Assembly (NCBI GenBank): GCA_973895155.1 | Contig: OZ316899.1 | Coordinates: 10,290,287 to 10,354,286 of the forward strand | Direction of reading: 5' to 3' | Length of the DNA: 64,000 bases | Origin: Marsupella aquatica | Lineage: Eukaryota; Plantae; Marchantiophyta | Shown here: positions 36,135-47,637 of the stretch, piece after piece | How positions within the stretch are numbered: the first letter of the stretch is position 1 | Layout of the letters: the number at the start of each line of letters is the position of its first letter | Translations under genes and position numbers: made by a program | The notes under the pieces: model-generated | The model's input: only the letters and a program-made list of their open reading frames with translations | The model's database searches: none | Told to the model about the DNA's origin: nothing

Positions 36135-36704
36135 TTGCTGGGCTCTGTTTGGCTGAAGACTTTGGTGGGTATGCTGCCTCTTCTAGACCAACAGGCCCTA
36201 TGTAGGGTCCTCCTATGGGTTGCATCGTGCATGGCTATTGCTTGGGCTTACATGTGTGGATTGGTAACCAGACAGAGTGTAGCTCCATCCGAGATAATGC
36301 CTGCAGACCTTGGATGTGTTGTGAATGCTGTGGTGAATGAGGATGCACAGTCCAAAGAGGACATTTACTTTTCAGCAGATGAGTTAGACAAGCACGATGA
36401 TGTAGGTGGTTCCTTGTTGCCTGATTTGGTAAATGATATAGTTCTTACACATGTCTGGCTGAGGGTTCTTGTGGTGTCTGGCGCACAAGATATCTGCAAA
36501 TATAGACTAATTAGTACCCAGTGGAGGGACTTGGTAGCAACATGTGCACCGTGGAGGGCACTGCTGCCACTGCTTGTAGGCACGGATCGAAGACCACCAT
36601 GGCATGAGCAGGGTTTAGACCTTGATGACTTAATGTACATGCCTGAGTACCTCAGGGCTGAGTGGCATCGACAACAGGATTGGTATCCGTATTTGATGTG
36701 GTAG
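36135..36704 (+). CDS. CACTA cargo ORF4: F-box-like protein with a hydrophobic N-terminal segment
   Basis: LLPDLVNDIVLTHVWLRV…ICKYRLISTQWRDLV resembles the F-box consensus LPxLPxDIL..I..L…R.VSK.WR.LV; start codon uncertain. Confidence 0.55.
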   Translation: MLGSVWLKTLVGMLPLLDQQALCRVLLWVASCMAIAWAYMCGLVTRQSVAPSEIMPADLGCVVNAVVNEDAQSKEDIYFSADELDKHDDVGGSLLPDLVNDIVLTHVWLRVLVVSGAQDICKYRLISTQWRDLVATCAPWRALLPLLVGTDRRPPWHEQGLDLDDLMYMPEYLRAEWHRQQDWYPYLMW

Positions 36705-39684
36705 TAAGATGAGGACATCACACCGGTCTCGCACCTAGCACCTGTTTCTATGACTATACATGATTGGACTCTGATATGGTCATGGATGTACGTGCAGAGG
36801 CAGTACATGTGAGGACAGCGGAGGAGTTGACACCCTCAAACATTTAGGAATTTTGTCTCATTCACTTGAGAATAGGTACATGACTCAGGCACCTATATTT
36901 TTTGTTTTTTTGGAGCGTTATGCTACGTCTTTTGGCAAGTACAGTCGGGGGTGAAATCCTTAACAGGGAGTGTATTTTTCACTTGCATAATAAAATGATA
37001 GGGCGTTGAGTGTGTGTGTATAGTGATGGCTCCAAGGTTGCCTCTTCACAACCCATTTAGGATTAGGCATCATGATTCTAAATTGTGGATGCGTGAACAA
37101 GCTCAGGCCGCCCAAGGTAGGAGTAGGAGGATGAGATGCCCATGCACACAGTGCCAAGGATTCAAGTCGTTGAGTTTGAACACTGTGCACCTTCACCTGC
37201 TGCGGCATGAAAGGCACCCTCGGTGGAGGGTTTGGAATGTCCCAGCAGAAGAAGACTCCTCTGATGAAGAGTGGAGAGCTGACTTTGTGGATTCTAATAC
37301 AGCTAGGCATAGAGACTATGTAAAGCAGGACATAGACGGTGTAGAGGATGGTCCTGGGGTACAACATGAGAACGTGGATGACCATGATGGAGATGCAAAG
37401 GCAGTCACTGAGGACGGTGGGATGGATGTCCCAAGAAATGTTCCCAATATATTTGTGACAGAGTTGTTGACCTTCCTGCGCCAAAATGTGTTACCAGATG
37501 GTAATTCAATTCCAAAAAATATGTACAAGGCTAGGAAATTGATGTCTAACCTTGGGCTGAACTATGTGTCTATTGACGCATGCCCTGATGGGTGTGTTCT
37601 CTTTCGCAAAGAGCATGCAGATAAATTGACATGCCCTCATTGTGGTAAGCACAGGTACAAGAATGTAGGGAAATGTACACACCCTGCCAAGGTTCTTTGT
37701 CTTTTTTCTCTCATTCCTATACTACAACGTCTGTTTAGATGCCCTGCCATTTCCAAGCTGATGACATGGACTTCTGATAACAACAGCAGTGATGGCCTTC
37801 AGTGTCACATTGGAGATTCCAACCATTGGAAATTTGTTGATGAGAGGTGGCCACAATTTGCTGTAGAGAAGCGGAACTTTCGATTTGGTCTATCACTGGA
37901 TGGAATAAACCCATTTGGAGACAAAAACAACCGTTATTCATGTTGGCCAGTTACGCTGCTAAATTACAACCTTCCCCCATGGATGACTACAAAGAGGTTT
38001 TTTGTGATGATGGTGCTGCTAATCCCTGGACCAGCTTCTGTGACCGAGCAATTCATAGATATCATGTTGGCTCCAGCAGTGGAAGAGTGGAAGACTTTGT
38101 GGATAGAAGGGGTGTTAACCCATGATGTTCTGAAGGGACTTCTTTGACCCAGCCCCTTTAGACTGCATGCAATTTGTTTGCTGGATATAGCAGATTACCC
38201 AGGCCATGGCATCATATCTAGACGAGTGACAAAGGGCTATGTGGGGTGCACACCATGTGGGAAAAATGTGACAAGTGAGTGGTCGCATGCCCTGCACAGT
38301 ATGAAATTTCAGGGGCACAGAAAGTATCTGCCTGCTGATCATCCTTACAGGCACACACGGTCTCCAATTGCACACTTCAACAACAAAACAGAGCTTTGTG
38401 GCCCACCACAGAGGGTCACCAAAGAGAAAGTCCTGAGGTGAGCAGCCAGGAAGGCTGATTGGGACAAGAGAAGTGCCACTGATCAAGAACCTGAGGATCC
38501 AGTGGTGAAACACGGTGTGAAAAGACAGACCTTGATGGACTTGGAGTTGGAGTACCGGAGGGTAATGTACTTAGCCTTCAGCCCCTGTATGATCTACATT
38601 TAAGATTGGAGCAATGGTGGATTGATGTTGGTTACAATCCTCCTATTTGGTTAATTAGTGTTTCTGTTGTTGAATTCTTTGCTTTGTGGAGTGCAGGAAT
38701 TCAAGCCTAGCAAACACAATGTGGACGTCATGCACATTGAGAAAAATATTTGTGAGAGCTTGCTGAAGTTCTTGTCGGGTGAGAAAGATACAGGAGCAGT
38801 TCGAGCTGATATGCAACAGAAGGGGATTCGCCCTCACCTTTGGTTGAAGCCCCATGCAAGCAATCCCAATGTACTTCTCAAGTTCCAAGCTCCCTATGTG
38901 TGCACACAAGAAGAATGGAAGACATTCTTGTATAGATTGAGCTGTCTGAAAGTGCCCTTTGGCTATGTTGGTGCCTTCAAGAAGCATATTACAAAGAATA
39001 AACTTGGCAGTATGAAAACACATGACTACCATGTGTTGATGCAGCACATTTTGCCCCTATGCCTTAGAGGTCTCATGCAAAAACAGTCCGTAATGTCATT
39101 CTTCGACTGTGCACTGTATTTCGCCGTATATGTGTGAAAGTGTGGGATCCCCAAGGATTGGAGCAGTTGAAGCAGGATGCTGCTTATGTCCTCTGTGACT
39201 TGGAGATATACTTCCCCCCTACTTTCTTTGATGTTTTGACTCATCTCCTAATCCATGTGGTAGAAGAGCTAGGGCAGTATGGGCCAGTCAGTACGAGATG
39301 GATGTACCCTATGGAGCGATACATGAAGTTGTTGAAAGGTCATGTGAGAACATACTATAGGCCAGAGGCTTCCATGGCATTGGGGTACATTAAGGATGAG
39401 ACGTTGGGGTTCCTAACAGAGTACATGGCTGGGTCTGGTGAAGCTATGACAAGAGTTTGGAAATCTGGTGAAGATGATGGAGTGAGTGGCAACATTGTTG
39501 AAGGTGTGGGACGTGCTATGCAGTTGTCTGTTGCGATTCGAGACAAGGCTCATTCATATGTGCTGGCGAACACAGAGCCTATGCAACCATGGTGGAGGTG
39601 AGTGATTGAATTGACTTGCCTTTGTTGTGATGCTTCTTGTCTATTCCAAGGGTGATCTTAGGTTGTCATGTGTTGTTTAGACCT

Positions 39685-42600
39685 TGTGGTGCGTCCCATG
39701 GCTCCCTAAACCCAAGAAACCCCTCTGCACAAGCCGATTCCCGTAGGTTTCGCTCTTGGCAAGGCTGATTTTGCGGCTTAGCGGCATGGGACGCTGCAAA
39801 CTTCCTTCTACTACTATTACTATTAACATTTTACTCACATATACTGGACAGATCCTTCATCGGGTCATGAGATACATAGCCGGCCTATTCTAGGCCTTCC
39901 CTTGTCCTCCTCTCTTGGTTTTCCTTTAGGTATGTTTGGATTCCGCCGCCGGAATGATCCCCAACTGGCTTGGGTAAGCCGCTAAGACCTCTCTTAGCTT
40001 GACATATCCAACTCTTACTACCTTGCTTACTCCCTTCTTGGTTGATGTGGGCAATCTTCAAACAGGTTAATGTGACACGCAAATAGCAAAATGACTCATT
40101 CTGACTGAGTTATACCATGCACTTGCCATACAAACAGTACTTCTCATATACAAGATCTGCGAACTAAGCCGTGAGGCCAACTCTATTCATCTCTTTGGTA
40201 TGAGGAAACATGAATATACACAAGGGTCACAGTATAACTAACCAAGAGCTTCTTTAACTACTTGATCCCAGCCCTGCTGGTGCACTAAAAACTTGCTAAG
40301 GAAGAAGGCCCTGAACTCCCCGCTGCCCAGGTACTTATCCTGGTAGTGGATCCACCTAATTCCTTGCAGCGTAAGCCTAATCTACCTAACTATAATCTAC
40401 CTATGTACAGCGAGGCAGAAGCACAAGTGTTGCTCTTACCAGTGGATCCGCAATCCCACTAAGCTAAGTGTTAGGGCCGCCCCTTGGTCCTGATCCTAAT
40501 TCTAAACTTGGAGATCTGAGCCCGCCCTGCCCACTCACGCCTCCTCCCTCCACGTTCGCCTCCTTAAAAGGAGCGGCCCTCCACCACCATCATGGCAGCG
40601 GTGTCTGGTCCTCAATGGATGCCCCCAACACTTCCTCTGCAGCCACTACCATAGGTCCGTCCTCTGACAGATTACCTACTCCGGACCGAGTCAACTCTCC
40701 ATCGGCCTGACTGGGTCCACCCTCGGCTTCAGCCTCAGCATTGGCCACGGCTTCCCCGGCATGCTCTAGTGGTGGATCCGGTACCCCGGCTTCATCACCG
40801 AGTATCCTGGCCTCGACTTTGCCATCCCCGCCTTCTAGGGCAGTTGGATCCTCTACCGTGACCCTGCCTGAGGTTGGTGTTGGGTTTACCTCCTTGGTCA
40901 CGACGGCTTGAGGAGCCGTATTACTCCTTGACCCAGAAGGTTTCCGCTTCTTCTTCTTCTTCTTTGGTTCGGTAGCTGGCCCCTTCCCCTTGCCACTTAC
41001 CTCCGGCACTGGTGCGAGTGTCTCCGCTTGTCCTTTGCCCAGTACTACTCCTGGCAACTTGGTTGCCGCAATTGGAGTTGGACCTAAGGAAGCCAAGCAT
41101 TTAAATATTGCGGCCTGTTTCTTCAGTCGCTCCGTTTGGTTGTCGGCTTGCCGCTGTAAGTTCTCCATCTTCTTGGTGGTTTCCTCCAACTCCTCCTGCA
41201 ATTCATCCAGGTCCTTGCGCGCCTCTCCCGCTCCTTCTGGGCTCCCTCCAATTCCTTCTTTAAGGTAGCCCTCTCCTCTTGGGTTGCTCTCAGCTCCTTG
41301 TCGAGCTCCGTAACGACTTCAGACTCCATTTTATTCATCTTGGCATAAGTCTGATCAAGCTGGTCGTCTTTCTCATGGAGGTTGGCCTTGAAGCTGGCCG
41401 TCATGATTGCAAGCTCCTGCCGCAGCACAATAATCGCCTGATAGGATTTCCCTAACTTGGCCTCCTTCTCCTCAAGGGCTCCGCGGATATCCTTGAGTTC
41501 CCCCTTCAGCGCCCTTTCCCTTCTCTGAGTTTCCGCCATGGCCCAATTGTTGGCTGCTATGTGGGCCTCCTCTGCGTCTCTCAGCTCTCGCTTCCACTTC
41601 TCCTTCTCCTTGATTGAATCGGCCAACTCACCTTGGGTCCGAGTCAGTTTGTCCTTGATAATCTGATTATCAGACTACACGGTATCCAATTGCCCCTACA
41701 TGATGTTGAGCTCATGCCGCTTAATCCGCAGCTCATCTTGGGCTTTCTTGGCCGCCTTCAGGTCTTCTACCTCGGCTTCCCTTGCCCTAAGCCGATGGAT
41801 GACCTTGTCCTTCTTGCTTCTCTCCAAAGCCACCGCTTCTTCTAATCGGCGCTTCTCCAACATTTCCCTCTGGAAAAAGGGTCCCTGCTCCAAATCCTCC
41901 CCAAAGATGCCGAGCGCAAGTTCCCCACACATCTCCCTGTACTCCATGGCTCGTTCTTTAGCATAGGCGGAGTGAGTAGAAGTCATCGGCATCATCCACC
42001 GCGGCCTTTGTTTCCAAGCCGCCTTGCAAATTTCTTCTATCGTGACTGGCGGGCTGCTTTGTTTTTCTGCAAGCCGCCTGATGTCCTCTGGCCATTCTCC
42101 TCCTGGTAAATCCTTCTCCCTAGCCAGAACTGCCTCTTCTTCCTCCCTGAGTTGTTCCTGAAACTCCTGTGCCGTCTGTTTTATGCCGTCAAAGCTTGGG
42201 GGAGCGACATCTGGTGGGGGAGACTCGGGGCTGCTCTGCTGGGTCGGGTCCCCTCGAACTACTCTTGGAAGTGTGGGGATGAACCTACCACATGTCCTTA
42301 TTCCTAGAACATGATGGTCCGACCCGTAGCCGGAGTCATCATTGTCGTAGCCTTCTACCGCCTCCTCCTTGGCTTGGACTACCGGCTCCCCCCGCTGCTG
42401 TCCTGGTCTTGCCGTGAACACGGCCTCACAGATCACGGGTCTTGGTTCCTCTGGCTTCCACGTTGATCTCAACTTCTCCTTGTCGCGACCAGGAGCTTCG
42501 GGCTGCTTTTCCTTGGCTTCAAGACTTGAAGCTCCTACGTACATTCGGACTCCTGGCTCGTGTTTCGGTCTTCTTCTCTCCTTGACCCCGGTAAAGGGGT

Positions 42601-44389
42601 TTTCCCTGGTAAGTTGGCTAAGGCTGACTTTGGGAGCAGTATTCTGTACCGGTCCCGTTGCCGTTACCGTTCTCCTTTCCTTCTCCAGCAATTTCAGCAG
42701 ATTCTGCATGCCTGGTTGCTGCATTGGCAAGTCCTCCTTCCTCAGCCTAAACACCTGCTCGATTGTAGGACTGTCGGGCTGGGTTGGTTTCTCTGTTGCC
42801 GGCCTCGGTTTTGGAACCTCCTCTGGTGCTCTTGCCTGCAGGGGCAGTACCGGGGCAAATATCTGACTTCGGGCATATTGGCACAACAACGGCATATGAT
42901 AACCAAGCCGGGACACGCTTCCCATGCCGATCACCAACTGTTCCTCCTTCAAGATCTTCTTTAGTTGGGTGAGGAGGTACCCGTTGTAGTCTTGGCTTGG
43001 GTCTGGCCTCTCCGTCAGATACACCTGTGCCTTGCCGATCTCTGCCCTCGGCAAGTTACAATGCATGGTCACCCGCAAGAAATCGATCATTTCTCCTATG
43101 TGCGGGTTGGTGCAGGTGTTTTGGAAGAAGCCATTCTTTGTTGATGGCCCTAGAAACGACTGGAACTCCTTGTCTGGCAAGGTCTTCCTGGTATCTACTT
43201 TGGTCTTATTGCCCATCGGCAAGCCAAACACTTTGGCAATCACCCGGGGAGTGAGATAGAAATCCTTCCCATACACCCTTGTGGAATTGGTCTCGGGCTC
43301 CCATGATCCCATGAATTCTAGTAAGTCTGAATCCGGCACCTCCGGCTTCAGCCATGGCAACTTTACGAAGGCTTCCAAGCCGGATCCAGCCATGAAGCCC
43401 TGGTATTTCCGAGTCTGCATAGCCGTAAAGCATGCATCCTCTTCCCGTACAAAGTGTAATTGTACCTCCTTGGGAAGGGTCGCCGCCCAGCCTTTCCAGG
43501 TGTCATCTCTTGTTGGAACAACATTGACGGGGTTGACCTCCTCCTCTTTGGCTTCCGCCTGCCTCCTGCTTCCCTGCTCTGCTGGTTTCCTGGGTGCCGC
43601 CGACCTCGTTCTTTTTGCAGGGGTGGCTTCTTCGTTGTTGCTCCCTTTCCTCTTCATAGCGGCTGCCGTGGATGTTTCTCCTAGCACGGTTGCCTTTGTC
43701 CACCCCTCCGTGCTACCCTTCAACTCCCAATGTATGTCGTTGCAGCGGTTGATGGCCTCTCGGATGCCGACTATTCTGTCCTCACAAAACAGAAGATCGT
43801 CGAGTTCGTTGGCAGTAGGCGTCCACAAGAATTCAGCTGTAATGAGTTCTCCTCCTAAGAAGGCAGACTTCTGCAGCTCCCATAGTCGAGCAAGCTCCTG
43901 CCGTTCTTGAGCCGCTCTCTCTGATTCTTTGTCCTTGTAGGTCCCAATGTACTCAGTTGCCCGTTCTAACAGGCATCCCCAAAAATGACCAGCTCGATTG
44001 ACGTTGCTCATACCCTTCTTGAGTTGATTGTCGGTATCTGCTTCCACCCCGAATGCTTGCCTGAGCAGCGGACAGTAGTTGGCCTCCCATAGTCGTCCGC
44101 TTGGCTCGTGCTTGCAAATGAGCCGCCATTCCTTGCGCTCGGTTCTTACCCCCCCCCTTGGCTGGTCTTCCTTCCCGTTGGTTACCCATAGCCGCCAGTA
44201 CTTAGCGCGCCCTAACCCTAATCGTGTTCCCTCCCCCGATGTCCTTACTTTCAGCCTCGGCTCGGGTTCCATAGTCACCCTTAATTGTTTATATTTCCCT
44301 GTTTTTGTTACTATACTAAGGTGTTTCCTAGGGTACACTCCTGATTTTACTATTTAAACTGGCCTAATGATTCCTGGCTAGGCATCACA
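39685..44389 (-). mobile_element. Solo LTR of family A (4705 bp) in TnpD intron 2
   Basis: TGTGATGCC…CGCACCACA with TSD GACCT at 39680-39684 and 44390-44394; no gag, pol, PBS or PPT. Confidence 0.96.
40590..44011 (-). CDS. LTR-encoded accessory protein (family A, most intact copy, ~1140 aa; open reading for 880 codons, then two frameshifts)
   Basis: ORFs 41696-44338, 41123-41626 and 40590-41201. Likely start is MSNVN at 44011, by alignment with families B, C and D. Contains a PMD-like motif (LEFMGSWEPETNSTRVYGKDFYLTPRVIAKVFGLPMG), a coiled coil and an NLS-like PKKKKKKRKP. Confidence 0.85.
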
Positions 44390-46103
44390 GACCTAACTAT
44401 GCCTGTACCTCATATTGCAGGGAATATGATATGCAAAAAGCTGCACACTCTAGGCAGCAGGATCCCTTCCCACAGTTTGAGCAGTGGATTCGGGTGGCAA
44501 TTTGAGAGCATAGTAGACATCACCCAAATATGGAGAAGGAGTTGTATCTTCTATCTGTGCCACCACGATTGTCTATTCTGACCTACAAACGGATGACAGC
44601 TTATGGAAATCATTATCGAGTGAGGGATGAGCAAGGTGACCATTGTGTATCATATGATTGTGGTTTGATATCTGTGTTTGAGCAGAGAACCTCTGAAGAA
44701 CAGAGGGGGTGGATGAAGATGGGTTACGTGGGGGAGTTGACAGACATTTGGGTCTTGAATTATGGTAACACAAGTGTCCCTATAATATTGATGAAGGGAG
44801 CATGGGTGAAATCAGAATGGCAGAGGCCAAGGGCCACCATGAAGCGTGATCCTGATGGGTTCTTGTTGGCCAATTTTAGGTCCAGAGTACCAGAATGGTC
44901 TGAGCCTTTTGTTTTCCCTAGCCAAGTTGAACAGGCTTCTTTCTAGATGTGGAGGGGTCACATGACTGGAGGGTGGTATGCCATAGCCAAGCACGGAACA
45001 GGTGGATGGATGGAAGTAAAGTAGAGTTCAGTTTGGACGACCATGCTGCATTCGAGCATCCTAGTCAGGAGACTGTAGTTCCAACTCGGGCAGGGACCGA
45101 CTTCATCCCGTTAACATTGAGAGACATATGATGAACCTGGGGAGATGGAATATGATGAGGTTGATGATGTGCAATAGGCAACAGCTGGCGATTGGCAAGT
45201 ATGAGGTTGAGGATGACTACCTGCACAGAGTCACATAACGGGAATTGCTGCCTGGGATGATGTTTAGGATAGTTGGATATGCATGAAATTGATTGATACT
45301 TTGAATCTAGTGTGCTGATTCTCCCTATTTGGTTGTGGGTGTTGTGCAGAAGCTACGGGGGAAGAGGGTGATGACATGGAGACAGGCATGGGGCTTGGAG
45401 AGTGGGGTGAAGAGGAAAGATTGGATATGGATGGAGATCCAGATGCAGGGGGCTCACAGAAAAATGCACTTGTGCAAGATGCACAGGGCCCTCATCAAGT
45501 GCCAGGTAGGTGGGCAGCTAGAGAGAAATCACATAATCCATACCCTAGAAGGAGCCAAAGTTATTGGCAAGAGACGCCTGATGATTATGATGATGACTAT
45601 GATGGAGCAAAAGATGGATGGGATGAATATGAACACCTAGAGCGTGGTAGAGACGGGTACAGAGGGCAATGGAAAGGTGAGGAGGATGATTGGACAAGTA
45701 AGTGCCTTGTGCTAGTGATTTTGTGATGGTAGTAGAGATTTAGCTCAATATGGACTTATCTGATGTCTAGCTATGGCAAAGAGTTTATCTTACAGGTCCA
45801 TCAGTGTGGCATGTACCTGTTGTTATGCAGACTCTAATTGGGACAATCACAAAAACAACAAAGGCCATCCACGTTCAGATAGGAGGCAATCATTCACAGG
45901 CGGGAGAAACGACACTAATTCATCAAGACAAAGCAATTGGACAGGTGGTCCAGAACCATCTATGCGCCAAGGGAGAGGTAACTTGGTCATTGCAGAATTG
46001 CTTTGAAGTCCAGTGTATATTTGGCAGCAAAATTTACCCTTCATACTTACCTAATGGATCCCGTAAATGTGCAAGGACTCCAGGGAGGTTTGGACAATGC
46101 AAT

Positions 46104-46178
46104 CCAGGCCGTGGGGGGAGATCAGGCCGTGGAGGGATCCCAGGCCGTGGGGGGACACCAGGCCGTGGAGGGACACCT
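46104..46178 (+). repeat. 18-bp tandem repeat encoding (P/S)GRGG
   Basis: CAGGCCGTGG(G/A)GGG occurs four times. Confidence 0.85.
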
Positions 46179-47637
46179 AGTAGCGCTTCAGGGAGTACCA
46201 AGGCAGGAGACAGTAACAAATTTGGTAAAGTAGAAGTGAATTCCGATGGTTGGATAACTCCCACATGTGATGGTAAGAACCGTTGGCATTCTGACCTAAG
46301 AGGAGAAGTATTGCGTTGGTTACATTTGAGCATTATAGAGTTTAGGAGTCAGAACAAAGCTGATTGGGCTGCTATCTGCAAGGACATTCTTGAACGGTGG
46401 GACTATGTTGGTAATGATGGTAAGGGCCCAGTTGAAGATTGCATATCAGATTATGCAATGAGGATTTTGAAACAAGAGAGGCATAGGTTGAAAAGGATGT
46501 GGATAGACAATGGTTCTAACAGGAGAATGCCACCACCCCCATCATTGGAACTGGATCAATGGACACGGTTAATCAAAGGGGTCATGTCGGAGGCTGGACA
46601 TAGCAAGAGTGAACTGATGTCAAATGCTCGAGGCAAAGTGAAACACCTTTCACAAGCTAGGAGAGGAAGTTATGCTCCAGTGAAAGAACAATTGGTAACG
46701 CAGTGACATGCCTGATAGTAAGCCTCAAACTTATCATCTTGCTACCATTATTACATTTTCATTGACAATCAACACTTGGTTTCATTCATATGTATGTTGA
46801 TGTGGACTGCAGAAGAAATTGATAGGTGAAGAACCAACAGCACAAGAAGTGAGAGAGGAGTTCATGAAACAAAGGAGTGAGGTGACAAGTGTGACTTCCA
46901 AACAGGTGATTATCTTGTAATTTTGTATGTTCTGTGACTATTTGGCCTTGAGCATCAGAAAGAAATGTAGTAGGAAGTAAGCAACCAGTTCTTGGGGACA
47001 GTTATCTGAGATATGTAAGCTGTGTTATGACAAGGAACTGTTACAACTCTCACAGAGATGTGTGAACGGTTGAAGTCATTAGAGTGTGGACTCCCTCGAG
47101 TGGAAACAAAATTGGCTGATCGTTTGGATATTGTGGAGGCATCTGTAGCAAACCTTCTTGCATCAGTGGAATCTAATTTCAAGCTTGTGATTGAAAAATT
47201 GGGTGGTTCCCAACCAAACAATGAGGGCAACATTGTACAAAGTGTGCCCTTGTTAACAAAAAAGGGAATTGGCAAATCTGACACAGGTATGGAAATGACA
47301 CCGGCCCATTGTTCATTGTGTCCTATGTTCAAATGTTAGAACTAAGTTTTCATGAATTGAGTGAATGGTTTGAATGCAGGAAGAGTGGAGGCAGAGAAGG
47401 ACCCTGTAATCAGTAAGCAGAAGGGCAAGAAGGTTGCTAAGACAGGTAACCTGCTATGATCCAGTATGAATCATTTGAAAAGTGCATGGAGTTTGTGAAG
47501 CTTAAGCAGGTTGGAGGTAATCTTTTCTGTAAGAACTGGTTGGATCAACTGGGATCTGAAGTGACATCATGATTGATGTATCAGGTGATTCAAAGAGCAA
47601 TAATGAAAAAGATGTGCCCAGTGCCTCAGTGACCATA

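Larger units (their letters stand above)
37026..45131 (+). pseudogene. tnpD: CACTA TnpD transposase; exons ~37026-38561, 38697-39597, 44421-45131
   Basis: RCPCTQC…HLLRH, IDACPDGCVLF, LSLDGINPF, IADYPG, DVMHIEKN, MKTHDYHV, WMYPMERY, YVGEL…EPFVFPSQVEQ; GT-AG junctions; frameshifts and stops. Confidence 0.93.

Noticed and set aside
39685-40560. Hammerhead ribozyme (retrozyme-like) in the LTR ends
   Set aside because: No CUGANGA…GAAA core with flanking stems was found by eye; an Infernal scan would settle it.
40590-44338. LTR ORF as a retroviral env gene or a host gene
   Set aside because: No signal peptide or TM helix is evident, and it occurs only within LTR boundaries.
41700-44357. Long plus-strand ORFs (e.g. 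43281-43910) and equivalents at 7220 and 15115
   Set aside because: They are antisense shadows of the LTR ORF with no recognisable motifs.
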